The notes under the pieces are model-generated. The model made no database searches. It was given only the letters and a program-made list of their open reading frames with translations, and was not told the origin of the DNA. From contig JABGZB010000281.1 in NCBI GenBank assembly GCA_018674955.1, positions 1 to 38,064 on the forward strand: 38,064 bases of DNA, written 5' to 3'. Positions 1-7,793 of the stretch are shown piece after piece; position 1 is the first letter of the stretch; each line of letters begins with the position of its first letter. Source of the DNA: Verrucomicrobiota bacterium (GTDB taxonomy: Bacteria > Verrucomicrobiota > Verrucomicrobiia > Limisphaerales > UBA1096). The position numbers were made by a program, and so were the translations under genes.

Positions 1-1
1 C

Positions 2-835
2 GAAGAGGCAATGAGTAAAGCAGGAATGAAAATAATACATTTTCCGAATTTTGACTTTCGATCAAACACGCCAACCCTTAAATCTGCACTAAAAGAAATT
101 AACAGATGGTCTAGGCGGAATTCCTATCACATTCCGATAATGGTTTTGATTGAAACAAAGAAGGTCAATAGATCAGTAAATATTGAAGATAATAGCAATT
201 TTCAGGTTCCGGATTTTTTGGCCTTAGAAAAAGAAATATTGTCTATCTTGGATATCAGCCAAATTATTACACCAGACAATGTTAGGGGTAAGTATGATTC
301 ATTAAACAAGGCTGTAACAATGAAGGGGTGGCCATCATTATATCAAGCCAGAGGGCGGTTAATCTTTGCCTTAGATAATCAGGGTGAAGAGCGAATTAAT
401 TATTTATCCCTCCATCCTGAATTAAAAGGAGCCTTAATGTTCGTTAGTTCTCCTCCGGGAAACCCGGAATCTGCTTTTTTGAAAATAAATGATCCTGTTG
501 CAAATTATTCAGCAATAAAGAATAGAGTTAAGGAAGGTTACCTTGTCCGAACCAGGGCTGACTCGGATATGGCTGAAGCAAGAAATAATGATTACACAAA
601 AATGCAAAAGGCTTTTTCATCCGGGGCGCAATACATAAGCACTGATTTTCCTGAATCTGTCGAAGGTGTTTCAAACTATAGGGTTTCTCTCCCTGGAGAT
701 GTTCGGCCAGGTAGATTAAACCCGCTATTTTATTCTGCGGAGGAGCCAAATGCACTAGAGGGAATGTCTGGAGCAGTTTTAGTCCGTAATTTCTTGTTGA
801 ATATTCCAAAAATAGAATCAAAAGAAAATAATTAA
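2..835 (+). CDS. Ca2+-dependent PI-PLC-like phosphodiesterase (PI-PLC-C1-like), 5'-truncated by the window edge
   Basis: The frame is open from base 2 (EEA-MSK...). Motifs include KIIHFPNFDFRS, HIPIMVLIETK, GWPSL..ARGRLIFALD, GYLVRTRAD and SGAQYISTDFP. The gene is strongly AT-rich compared with the rest of the window. Confidence 0.8.
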   Translation, partial: EEAMSKAGMKIIHFPNFDFRSNTPTLKSALKEINRWSRRNSYHIPIMVLIETKKVNRSVNIEDNSNFQVPDFLALEKEILSILDISQIITPDNVRGKYDSLNKAVTMKGWPSLYQARGRLIFALDNQGEERINYLSLHPELKGALMFVSSPPGNPESAFLKINDPVANYSAIKNRVKEGYLVRTRADSDMAEARNNDYTKMQKAFSSGAQYISTDFPESVEGVSNYRVSLPGDVRPGRLNPLFYSAEEPNALEGMSGAVLVRNFLLNIPKIESKENN

Positions 836-1014
836 TGACGACAAAGCAGAGGCTAAAGCAAACAGTTGGCGTAAATCAGCCTTTGCTGTCTTGCTTGGAG
901 TCGAATCTATTGCTCTTTTCTGTGCCCGCTTCACATTGAAAGGTTTCTGGTTTAGATCGAAAGGTTCTTGAATTCTCTTTATTTAGATGGACTGTCCCGC
1001 GCTCGCCCGTTGCG

Positions 1015-2079
1015 GTGGGTTGGGGTAGTTTCAGCGGCGACGTGGATTCCGGCTTCGCAAAATACGACATCACGCAGGATTACGCCTGGAATTATGAAAA
1101 CGCGCCGGAGCCGGTTGGCGCTGCGGTTCCGAGCGTGGACGGTGAGTGGCTCTACTGTGGCGTGCCGGTTGATTCGCCGCTTGGCATTGCAGCCGGCCCA
1201 CTTCTCAACGGTAAGTGGCTGCTTTATTACGCCTCCCTTGGTTTCGATGTCCTGACTTACAAGACGGTGCGGAGTTGCGAGAGGCGCTCGTACGGGTTGC
1301 CGAATCTTCAGCCGATTGCATGGGAGGGTGGCGTGGTGCCTGCGGAGTTGAGTGTTGCCAGCGTGATGAACGGCAGTTGGGCGGTGTCGTTCGGCATGCC
1401 ATCGAAGCCGCCGAGCTTTTGGCGGGATGACGTGACGGCAACTCGCTCGCGCCTGGCCAAGGGCAAGTTCCTCTGCGTCTCCGTTGTTGCCACGGCTCAG
1501 GATGGTTGGTCGATCGATGACCTAGCTGCCGACTACGCGCAATGCGCCCGGTGGGCTGTCGAGAGTGGTGCGGACGGAGTGGAAGCCAACTTCAGTTGCC
1601 CCAACGTCAGCAGTGTCGATGGCCAGCTTTTCCTCAATCCAACCGACGCGGGGATCGTGGCGGCCCAGTTGCGTGAGGCGTTGCCGGACACGCCGCTGCT
1701 GCTCAAGGTTGGGCATATCAACAATCGGGAAACAGCGCACGCGCTGGTCGAGGTGGTTGCGCCGTCTGCTGATGCGCTGGTGATGGTCAATGGCTTGTCG
1801 GCGAAAGTGCGGCAACGCAACACCGAGCTGCTGTTTGAGGGCCAATGCCGGGGGATTGCGGGCGAGGCGATTCGCGAAACGACGCTGGAGCAGTTGGCTT
1901 TGTTTGACGGCTTGATCCGGGAGTTCGGGGTTGATGTGCGCTTGGTGGGGGTTGGTGGGCTTGGCCAAGCGGCGGATGTTCGGGCATGCCTCGATCGAGG
2001 TTGTGAGGCGGTGCAGTTCGCCACGGCTGCGATGCTGAATCCCGGTTTGGGCTTGGCCATTCGGCGGGAGGGGTTTTAA
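1015..2079 (+). CDS. Dihydroorotate dehydrogenase-like FMN-dependent TIM-barrel oxidoreductase (true start possibly GTG at 1042)
   Basis: Motifs GIAAGPLLN, GFDVLTYKTV, EANFSCPN (catalytic Cys loop), LLLKVG, VGVGG and AVQFATAAM are typical of the DHOD/DPD fold. Confidence 0.75.
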   Translation: MGWGSFSGDVDSGFAKYDITQDYAWNYENAPEPVGAAVPSVDGEWLYCGVPVDSPLGIAAGPLLNGKWLLYYASLGFDVLTYKTVRSCERRSYGLPNLQPIAWEGGVVPAELSVASVMNGSWAVSFGMPSKPPSFWRDDVTATRSRLAKGKFLCVSVVATAQDGWSIDDLAADYAQCARWAVESGADGVEANFSCPNVSSVDGQLFLNPTDAGIVAAQLREALPDTPLLLKVGHINNRETAHALVEVVAPSADALVMVNGLSAKVRQRNTELLFEGQCRGIAGEAIRETTLEQLALFDGLIREFGVDVRLVGVGGLGQAADVRACLDRGCEAVQFATAAMLNPGLGLAIRREGF

Positions 2080-2081
2080 TC

Positions 2082-2684
2082 GTGCCGATGATTCGACTGG
2101 GGCTCACGGGCGGAATCGGGATGGGCAAGTCCACTGCGGCCGAACTTTTGGCCAAGCGCGGCGCGAAGGTGTGCGACTCGGATGCACTTGCCCGAGAGTT
2201 GGTCGCACCCGGGCAACCGGCCTTGGCGGAGATCGTCGAGGCATTCGGCAGCGGCGTGTTGGTAAGGGATGGTTCGCTGGATCGCGCCAAGGTTGGTAAG
2301 TTGGTTTTCGGTGACTCGGCTGCCCGCGAAAAACTGGAGGGCATTTTGCATCCCCGCATTCGTGAGGCATGGCAGTCGCGGCTCGAGGAGTGGTCGGCGG
2401 CTGGCGAGCGGTTGGCGGTGGCGGTCATTCCGCTGCTGTTCGAGACGAAGGCCGAATCGAGCTTCGACAAGATTGCGTGCGTGGTCTGTTCACCGGAGTT
2501 GCAGCGCGAGCGTCTGCGCGCGCGAGAGTGGAGCGACGACCAAATCAGCAATCGGATTTCGGCGCAGATGGCGGTGGGTGAAAAAATCAAGCGAGCCGAT
2601 CACGTGATCTGGACCGACGGCACGATCGAGGCGCACGCCGCTCAGTGGGATGATCTGCTGTCGTCCTGGGACGTGGTGGACTGA
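2082..2684 (+). CDS. coaE: Dephospho-CoA kinase
   Basis: N-terminal GLTGGIGMGKST P-loop, plus D.LARELV, LEGILHPRI, IPLLFE and RI.AQM motifs. Confidence 0.95.
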   Translation: MPMIRLGLTGGIGMGKSTAAELLAKRGAKVCDSDALARELVAPGQPALAEIVEAFGSGVLVRDGSLDRAKVGKLVFGDSAAREKLEGILHPRIREAWQSRLEEWSAAGERLAVAVIPLLFETKAESSFDKIACVVCSPELQRERLRAREWSDDQISNRISAQMAVGEKIKRADHVIWTDGTIEAHAAQWDDLLSSWDVVD

Positions 2685-3049
2685 GCGTCGATGGGCGGTT
2701 CCTCAACCGGGATATCCTTTTTGCTCAAGCCGGCCATGCGCAGCACCCACGCTCCGTAAATCGTCCCGGCAAGGCTGGTGGGGATGCCGGAGAGCACGCC
2801 GGCGAGCAGGGCCTTGTTGAAGGCGCGGCCTTTTGCGTCCCGGTTGACTAGGGTTTCGATCAGGAAAACGCCCGCGCCGCCGGTGAGAAAGGCGGCGGCG
2901 CAGATAAGAGGTGTGCCGGTGAACAGTGTGATGGCGTTTGCCCCAAAGAAGGCGTTGTCCACCAAGAACACCCACAGACCGCTGAGCTTGTGCAGAAACA
3001 ATTTGCGCTGTTTCTCGGCTTTTACGGGGAGTTTCGGCGGCGGTTCCAT
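2642..3049 (-). CDS. Small membrane protein of unknown function
   Basis: 135-aa ORF with hydrophobic, Gly-rich segments (LICAAAFLTGGAGVFLI, ALLAGVLSGIPTSLAGTIYG). It lies directly downstream of the DUF2203 gene and overlaps the 3' end of coaE convergently. Confidence 0.65.
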   Translation of the reverse strand: MEPPPKLPVKAEKQRKLFLHKLSGLWVFLVDNAFFGANAITLFTGTPLICAAAFLTGGAGVFLIETLVNRDAKGRAFNKALLAGVLSGIPTSLAGTIYGAWVLRMAGLSKKDIPVEEPPIDAQSTTSQDDSRSSH

Positions 3050-3064
3050 TGTGCGTTTGCTGGT

Positions 3065-3451
3065 CTAAAGCGGCTCGCGGTGGTCGTAGCCGGTGTCCAG
3101 TTCGTGCCAGTGGGCGATGTCGTCTTCGTTTTTTTCCCAGCACAGGAAAACTTCGCGAGTACCCCGGCGGGAGGGGAAGTCCACCAGGCCGCGCTCGGCA
3201 TCTTTGATGAAGATTTGGTGCGTCTTGAATTCGCCAAGGATGGTCTGAATTTCGGACAGGAGTTTGATCGACTGGTTGACCGAGTCGCCGCCGACGTCGG
3301 ACTGGGCACTCATCATGTTGTCGACGCGCTTGCTGATCGTGGCGTACTCGTGACGAAGTTGAACCATCGAGTCCAGCCACTCCCTGACCCTTGGCATCAT
3401 GGCCCGAGCCTCGGCCAGTGTGTAGTGTTTCTTGAACCGGTGTGCCATCAC
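3065..3451 (-). CDS. DUF2203 family protein
   Basis: Motifs YTLAEARAMMP, IKDAERGLVDFP, VFLCWE..E..I.HWH....GY..R.PL. Confidence 0.85.
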   Translation of the reverse strand: MMAHRFKKHYTLAEARAMMPRVREWLDSMVQLRHEYATISKRVDNMMSAQSDVGGDSVNQSIKLLSEIQTILGEFKTHQIFIKDAERGLVDFPSRRGTREVFLCWEKNEDDIAHWHELDTGYDHREPL

Positions 3452-5274
3452 TCCTCCTTTTCCGCGGGGTGGAGTTTTTTGTGGAGCGGCTGGTTGGGGG
3501 TGATGTCGTAGGAACGCTGCCAGGCGGCATTGGCCTTGTCCGCTTGGCCAAGCTTGTTAAGCACGTTGCCTAGTTGCTCGAGCAGGTAGGAGTCCGGCGA
3601 GGTCATTTCAGTCTCCTGCTTGCGAAGGAGGCCAAGTGATTTTTCCCACTGCGTCCTGGCCTCGTCCGCTTGGCCAAGTTTATGGTGCGTGTCGCCGATG
3701 TGCTCGTGGATGGTTGAGTCGGGCTCGTCTTTCATCAACTCGGCGGCGCGCTGCAACTCGGCGAGTGCTTCTGTATATTTGCCCTGCCGGAAGTACAGCC
3801 AGCCGAGGCTGTCCACGTACGAGGCGTTGTCGGGGGAAAGCTCGTTGGCCTTGGTGATGTGTTTGGCTGCCTCGTCGAGGTTGCGGTTAATGTCTGCCCA
3901 CATGTAGCCCAGATAGTTCATCGCATTATGGTAATCCGGCGACATCTCGATGGCTTTGTTGAAGGTGTCGTTGGCGGTTTCGTACTGACGGTTCCGCTCG
4001 TAGGCTGCGCCAAGCTGGAAATAGAAAAAATGGGTGAGCCGGTTTTGCTCGCTGGCTTGGGCTAGTTCTTCGGCGTCGAGCAGGTTCTCGATGGCCTTGG
4101 GATATTGGTGTAGGGAACTGTGGGCGAGTCCGGCGTAAAACTTGGTGATGAATTTGGGCTTGAATTGCTCGCCGGCCTTCTTGAGCGTGGATAGTGTGAT
4201 GCTTGGCTTGTTTTGAAACAACCGCACGCCGGCCAACTCATAGTAAGCCAGCTCGAACTTGGGGTTGATCTTGAGAACCGTCTCGAAGTGGGCGGCCGCC
4301 TCGTCGAGTTTGTCGAGTTGGCGCTTGATACCGCCAAGCACGAACAACGCGCGCTCGTTGGTGGGGCGCTCGCGCAGGATGGCCTCGAGTTGCCTAGTGG
4401 CTTTCTCGGTCTTGTCTGCCCGCAGGTAAAGATCGGCCAACTGCTCGCGAACACTGATCAGGCCGGGGTTGAGTTCGATCAACTCGATGAACAGAGCGAT
4501 GGCCTTGTCGCTCTCGCCCCAGACCTTGTAGTAGTCAGCCAAGCGATGAAGCGTCAGTGGATCCTCCGGTTCGAGGGCGACGGCTCTGTTGAGGCACTTC
4601 ATGATGCTGACCTTTATTTTGTCTCTGTTGGTTTGGGAGGCCAAGCCGGTAATGGTGTAAAGGTCAACTAAGTGAATCCAGAATTTTGGCGAGAGATTGG
4701 CTTTGGTGAGCGCGGTGTCGAGCACCCTGAAAGCATCGTCGTAGCGCTTGTCTTTCGTATAGAGTTTGGCCAAGCCGTTAATGCAAACGCTCGTCGTGTG
4801 CGGCAGGGCCAAGGCGGCTTCGAAGGCGGATATGGCCTCGTCCGGTTGGGCGGCTTGCTGATAGGCGAGGCCGAGCCACTCGTGTATTGCTACGGATTCC
4901 GGGTTGGCCGCTTGGCCAAGGCGAAGTATAGCGATGGCCTTGTCGGGTTTTTTCTTTCGGAGAAAACGCCCTGCGGCCTGGACGATAACGGCTTCCTGCG
5001 ACGGATCCGCCTTGGCGGCAGCCTCAAGGTGTTTCAGTGAGCCGACCGGCTTGCCTCGAAACTCGAAGCTGCGGCTGGTGAGATAATGAGTGAGACCCTC
5101 AACGCGGTTAAGGAACGCCGGATCCTCCGGGCCACTCTTCTCCTCGATGTTGACGCCGTAAACGCCAGATGGGACGCCGGGGCGCGGCTTGGCCAAGGGC
5201 GAAGTGGAACACCCGGCGCCAGCCCACATCAGGGTCAGCCCGAGGAACAATCTCGTATGTGAACCGCGTCTCAT
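3448..5274 (-). CDS. Tetratricopeptide-repeat (lipo)protein
   Basis: Lipoprotein-like signal (LTLMWAGAGC) followed by many TPR helices. Contains AMNYLGYMWAD and YVDSLGWLYFRQG motifs. Confidence 0.9.
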   Translation of the reverse strand: MRRGSHTRLFLGLTLMWAGAGCSTSPLAKPRPGVPSGVYGVNIEEKSGPEDPAFLNRVEGLTHYLTSRSFEFRGKPVGSLKHLEAAAKADPSQEAVIVQAAGRFLRKKKPDKAIAILRLGQAANPESVAIHEWLGLAYQQAAQPDEAISAFEAALALPHTTSVCINGLAKLYTKDKRYDDAFRVLDTALTKANLSPKFWIHLVDLYTITGLASQTNRDKIKVSIMKCLNRAVALEPEDPLTLHRLADYYKVWGESDKAIALFIELIELNPGLISVREQLADLYLRADKTEKATRQLEAILRERPTNERALFVLGGIKRQLDKLDEAAAHFETVLKINPKFELAYYELAGVRLFQNKPSITLSTLKKAGEQFKPKFITKFYAGLAHSSLHQYPKAIENLLDAEELAQASEQNRLTHFFYFQLGAAYERNRQYETANDTFNKAIEMSPDYHNAMNYLGYMWADINRNLDEAAKHITKANELSPDNASYVDSLGWLYFRQGKYTEALAELQRAAELMKDEPDSTIHEHIGDTHHKLGQADEARTQWEKSLGLLRKQETEMTSPDSYLLEQLGNVLNKLGQADKANAAWQRSYDITPNQPLHKKLHPAEKEE

Positions 5275-5316
5275 GGTCGGGGGTTCACCCGGAACAGCAG
5301 CTGAAAGCCTGGCAGA

Positions 5317-5418
5317 CTACTTCTGCCAGGTGCGCTTCTTGTGGCGATTGGCGCGGGATTTCTTCTTGCGCTTGTGCTTGTTAATTTTCGCTTTCCGGCG
5401 TTTCTTCAGTGAACCCAT
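5317..5418 (-). CDS. 33-aa basic protein, bS22/mS38 (AURKAIP1/COX24)-like small ribosomal protein; not in the ORF track
   Basis: Manual translation gives MGSLKKRRKAKINKHKRKKKSRANRHKKRTWQK*, with ATG at 5418-5416 and TAG at 5319-5317. This fits the MGS..KKRRK....KH..K....R pattern of the family. Confidence 0.85.
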   Translation of the reverse strand: MGSLKKRRKAKINKHKRKKKSRANRHKKRTWQK

Positions 5419-5462
5419 GTATGTCTAGTTTCGGTGGTTGGTTTCTTTAGCAGTTAAATAAA

Positions 5463-6344
5463 TTAATGGACAACCTTGTTGAGGGGGTACTCAATGATTC
5501 CCTCGGCTCCGGCGCCCTTGAGTGCGGGGATGATCTCCCGAGCAACAGCCTCCTCGATGATGGTTTCAACCGCCACCCAGCCGTTGCCGCTCAAGCCGGA
5601 TACGGTTGGATTACGCAAGGCGGGCAGCTTTTTCAACACCTTTGACAGATTTTTTTCCTCGATGTTGAATTTCATGCCGACTTTGGTCTCGGCGTCGAGA
5701 GCTCCCCTAAGGAGCAAAGCGACGGTCTCGATCTTGTTGCGCTTCCAGTTATCCTTCCAAGTTTCTCTGTTGGAAATCAGGCGCGGCGTCGAGGAAAGCA
5801 GCTCGTCGATAATGCGCAATTTGTTGGCCACAAGGCTCGATCCAGTCTCGGTGACCTCGACGATGGCATCGACCAGTTCGCGGGCCTTAACCTCGGTGGC
5901 GCCCCAGGAAAACTCGACCTTGGCTTTGACGTCGTTTTTGCGCAGATACTTTTTGGTGAGGTTCACGACCTCGGTGGCAATGCGTTTGCCATTCAATCCC
6001 TTGACGCTCTTAACGGGTGACTCCTCTGGCACGCAGAGCACCCAGCGGGCGGGCAGACGGGTGGCGCGGCTGAAAAGCAACTCGGTGACCTCATGAACTT
6101 TGGAGCCGTTCTCCATGATCCAGTCCAGCCCGGTGATGCCGCAGTCGAGGTAGCCCAGCTCGACGTAGCGGCTAATTTCCTGTGCGCGGATGAGGCGGAT
6201 TTCTATTTCAGGGTCATCGATGTATGGCACCAGCGAACGGTTGCTGACGCGGATGTTATACCCCGCCTTGGCCATCTTCTCGATGGTTGATTTCTCCAGG
6301 CTGCCCTTGGGCAGTCCGAATCGGATGATTTTCTTTTTACTCAT
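5463..6344 (-). CDS. hisG: ATP phosphoribosyltransferase, long form
   Basis: Motifs GLPKGSL, IRAQEI..YVE.G.LD.GITG.D, EFSWGATE and DAIVEVTETGSSL..N.L, plus a C-terminal regulatory domain (PTVS.L, GAEGIIEYP). Confidence 0.96.
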   Translation of the reverse strand: MSKKKIIRFGLPKGSLEKSTIEKMAKAGYNIRVSNRSLVPYIDDPEIEIRLIRAQEISRYVELGYLDCGITGLDWIMENGSKVHEVTELLFSRATRLPARWVLCVPEESPVKSVKGLNGKRIATEVVNLTKKYLRKNDVKAKVEFSWGATEVKARELVDAIVEVTETGSSLVANKLRIIDELLSSTPRLISNRETWKDNWKRNKIETVALLLRGALDAETKVGMKFNIEEKNLSKVLKKLPALRNPTVSGLSGNGWVAVETIIEEAVAREIIPALKGAGAEGIIEYPLNKVVH

Positions 6345-6482
6345 GGATTTGCCGCCGGGCTGTTAGCTTGGCCCGGGCATGGGGGTAGCGCTTGACGGAT
6401 TGCTTCACCCGGGTGGCCGGGTTGAATTGCCAAGTCCTGCGCGGCAGTTTTATGTTCATCTTCATACTCCATTCGGAGTGTG

Positions 6483-7076
6483 CTAAACGCGAATCTCGCC
6501 GTTGAACAAACGGGCGAGTGTTCGCGGATAAAGCGTGTGTTCCTCTTGCTGAATGCGCTGGTGAAGCATCGCGGCGGTGTCATCCTCAAGCACGGGTACC
6601 ACGCCCTGTGCCAGAATGGAGCCGGTGTCGATGCCGTGATCCACCATATGAACGGTGCAACCCGTGGCCTTCACCCCGTAATCGTGTGCCTGCTTCCAAG
6701 CCTCCAGTCCCGGAAATGCGGGCAGCAAAGAGGGGTGAATATTAACGACCTTTTTCTCGAATGCACGCAGAAAATCACCCTTCAAAATGCGCATAAAACC
6801 GGCCAAAGCCACCCATTCAGCGCCGGATTCACGGAGCGCGGCGACGTAGGTTGCCTCGGCGGTTTCGTCCAGTTTGGTGCGGAATTTCCCTGGCTCGATA
6901 AACCGGGTCGGCAGCCCAAACTCCGCCGCGCGCTCCAATATCCCCGCATTGGCGACATCGCTGGCTACCAGGACAATGTCCGCCGGCAGCGTCCCGGCGG
7001 CGCAGGCTTTGGCCAACGAGACGAGGTTCGACCCTTTGCCGGAGCCGAGCACGGCCAGTTTGATTTTGTCACTCAT
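6483..7076 (-). CDS. purN: Phosphoribosylglycinamide formyltransferase
   Basis: Motifs [29 protein letters not shown] and [14 protein letters not shown]. Confidence 0.96.
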   Translation of the reverse strand: MSDKIKLAVLGSGKGSNLVSLAKACAAGTLPADIVLVASDVANAGILERAAEFGLPTRFIEPGKFRTKLDETAEATYVAALRESGAEWVALAGFMRILKGDFLRAFEKKVVNIHPSLLPAFPGLEAWKQAHDYGVKATGCTVHMVDHGIDTGSILAQGVVPVLEDDTAAMLHQRIQQEEHTLYPRTLARLFNGEIRV

Positions 7077-7192
7077 GCGGTTTGTCCCAAGCGGACGCGA
7101 CGCAGGCTAAACCAAGCGCTTGGCCAAGGGGAGTTTGAAATGGGGGGGCGTTGCAAAGCGCTTGGCCAAGTTGCTAATGTGCCTGCCGCCGG

Positions 7193-7780
7193 ATGAAATT
7201 ATCACTTGAACTGACCGTGGCCACCAAGCCGGAGTGGGTTCACGCCGTGATGGCTGACCTGCCTTCGTTTCTGCAGGATCACGCTGACTGCGAGCGCAAG
7301 GCTTCCGCGCTAGCGATGAGCCTCGTGGCCAAGTACCCTGACCGACTTGAGATCATCCCGGAACTGATTGCCACCGGCGTGGAGGAGTTGGAGCATTTTC
7401 AGCAGGTGTACGAGGTGATGCGGCAGCGTGGCATCCCGTTGGTCAAGGAGATTTCGAAAGATCCGTACATCACGGCGCTGATGAAGCTATTGCACTCGGA
7501 CTTGATTCGGCGGTTTCTCGACCGGTTGCTGTTGGCGTCGATCATCGAGTGCCGGGGCGCGGAGCGTTTTCGGCTTGTCTCGGAGGCGCTGGACGACGAT
7601 AAAGGGCTGAAGGAGGTCTACCACGACCTTTGGGTGTCCGAGGCGCGGCACGGGCATATTTTCGTCGGGATGGCCTTGGAGTATTTTGAGAAGGATCGGG
7701 TTTACTCGCGGCTCACGGAATTGAATGAGGACGAGGGGCGGATTGTCGACGGGCTCGAATTGCGAGCCGCTTTGCACTGA
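7193..7780 (+). CDS. miaE: tRNA-(ms2io6A37) hydroxylase, ferritin-like di-iron protein
   Basis: Motifs DHADCERKAS, EELEHF.QV, DRLL.AS.IE.RG.ERF and SEARHGH.F. Confidence 0.88.
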   Translation: MKLSLELTVATKPEWVHAVMADLPSFLQDHADCERKASALAMSLVAKYPDRLEIIPELIATGVEELEHFQQVYEVMRQRGIPLVKEISKDPYITALMKLLHSDLIRRFLDRLLLASIIECRGAERFRLVSEALDDDKGLKEVYHDLWVSEARHGHIFVGMALEYFEKDRVYSRLTELNEDEGRIVDGLELRAALH

Positions 7781-7793
7781 ATGAACTGACATC

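Noticed and set aside
845-887. Imperfect inverted repeat agcagaggct...agcctttgct after the PI-PLC-like gene, as a terminator
   Set aside because: The loop is long (~23 nt), the stem is imperfect and there is no clear U-tract, so it is too weak to call.
2703-3551. 282-aa minus-strand ORF and the many other overlapping or antisense ORFs in the track (e.g. 1787-2590, 6480-7196, 22845-23723, 34394-35083)
   Set aside because: They overlap well-supported genes in other frames, are Arg/Pro-rich with no motifs, and are typical shadow ORFs of GC-rich DNA.
3500-3720. Near-duplicate segments at the TPR gene 3' end (KLGQADEA..W / KLGQADKA..W)
   Set aside because: Explained by ordinary TPR repeat duplication. 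Both copies contain the palindrome, which is already counted.
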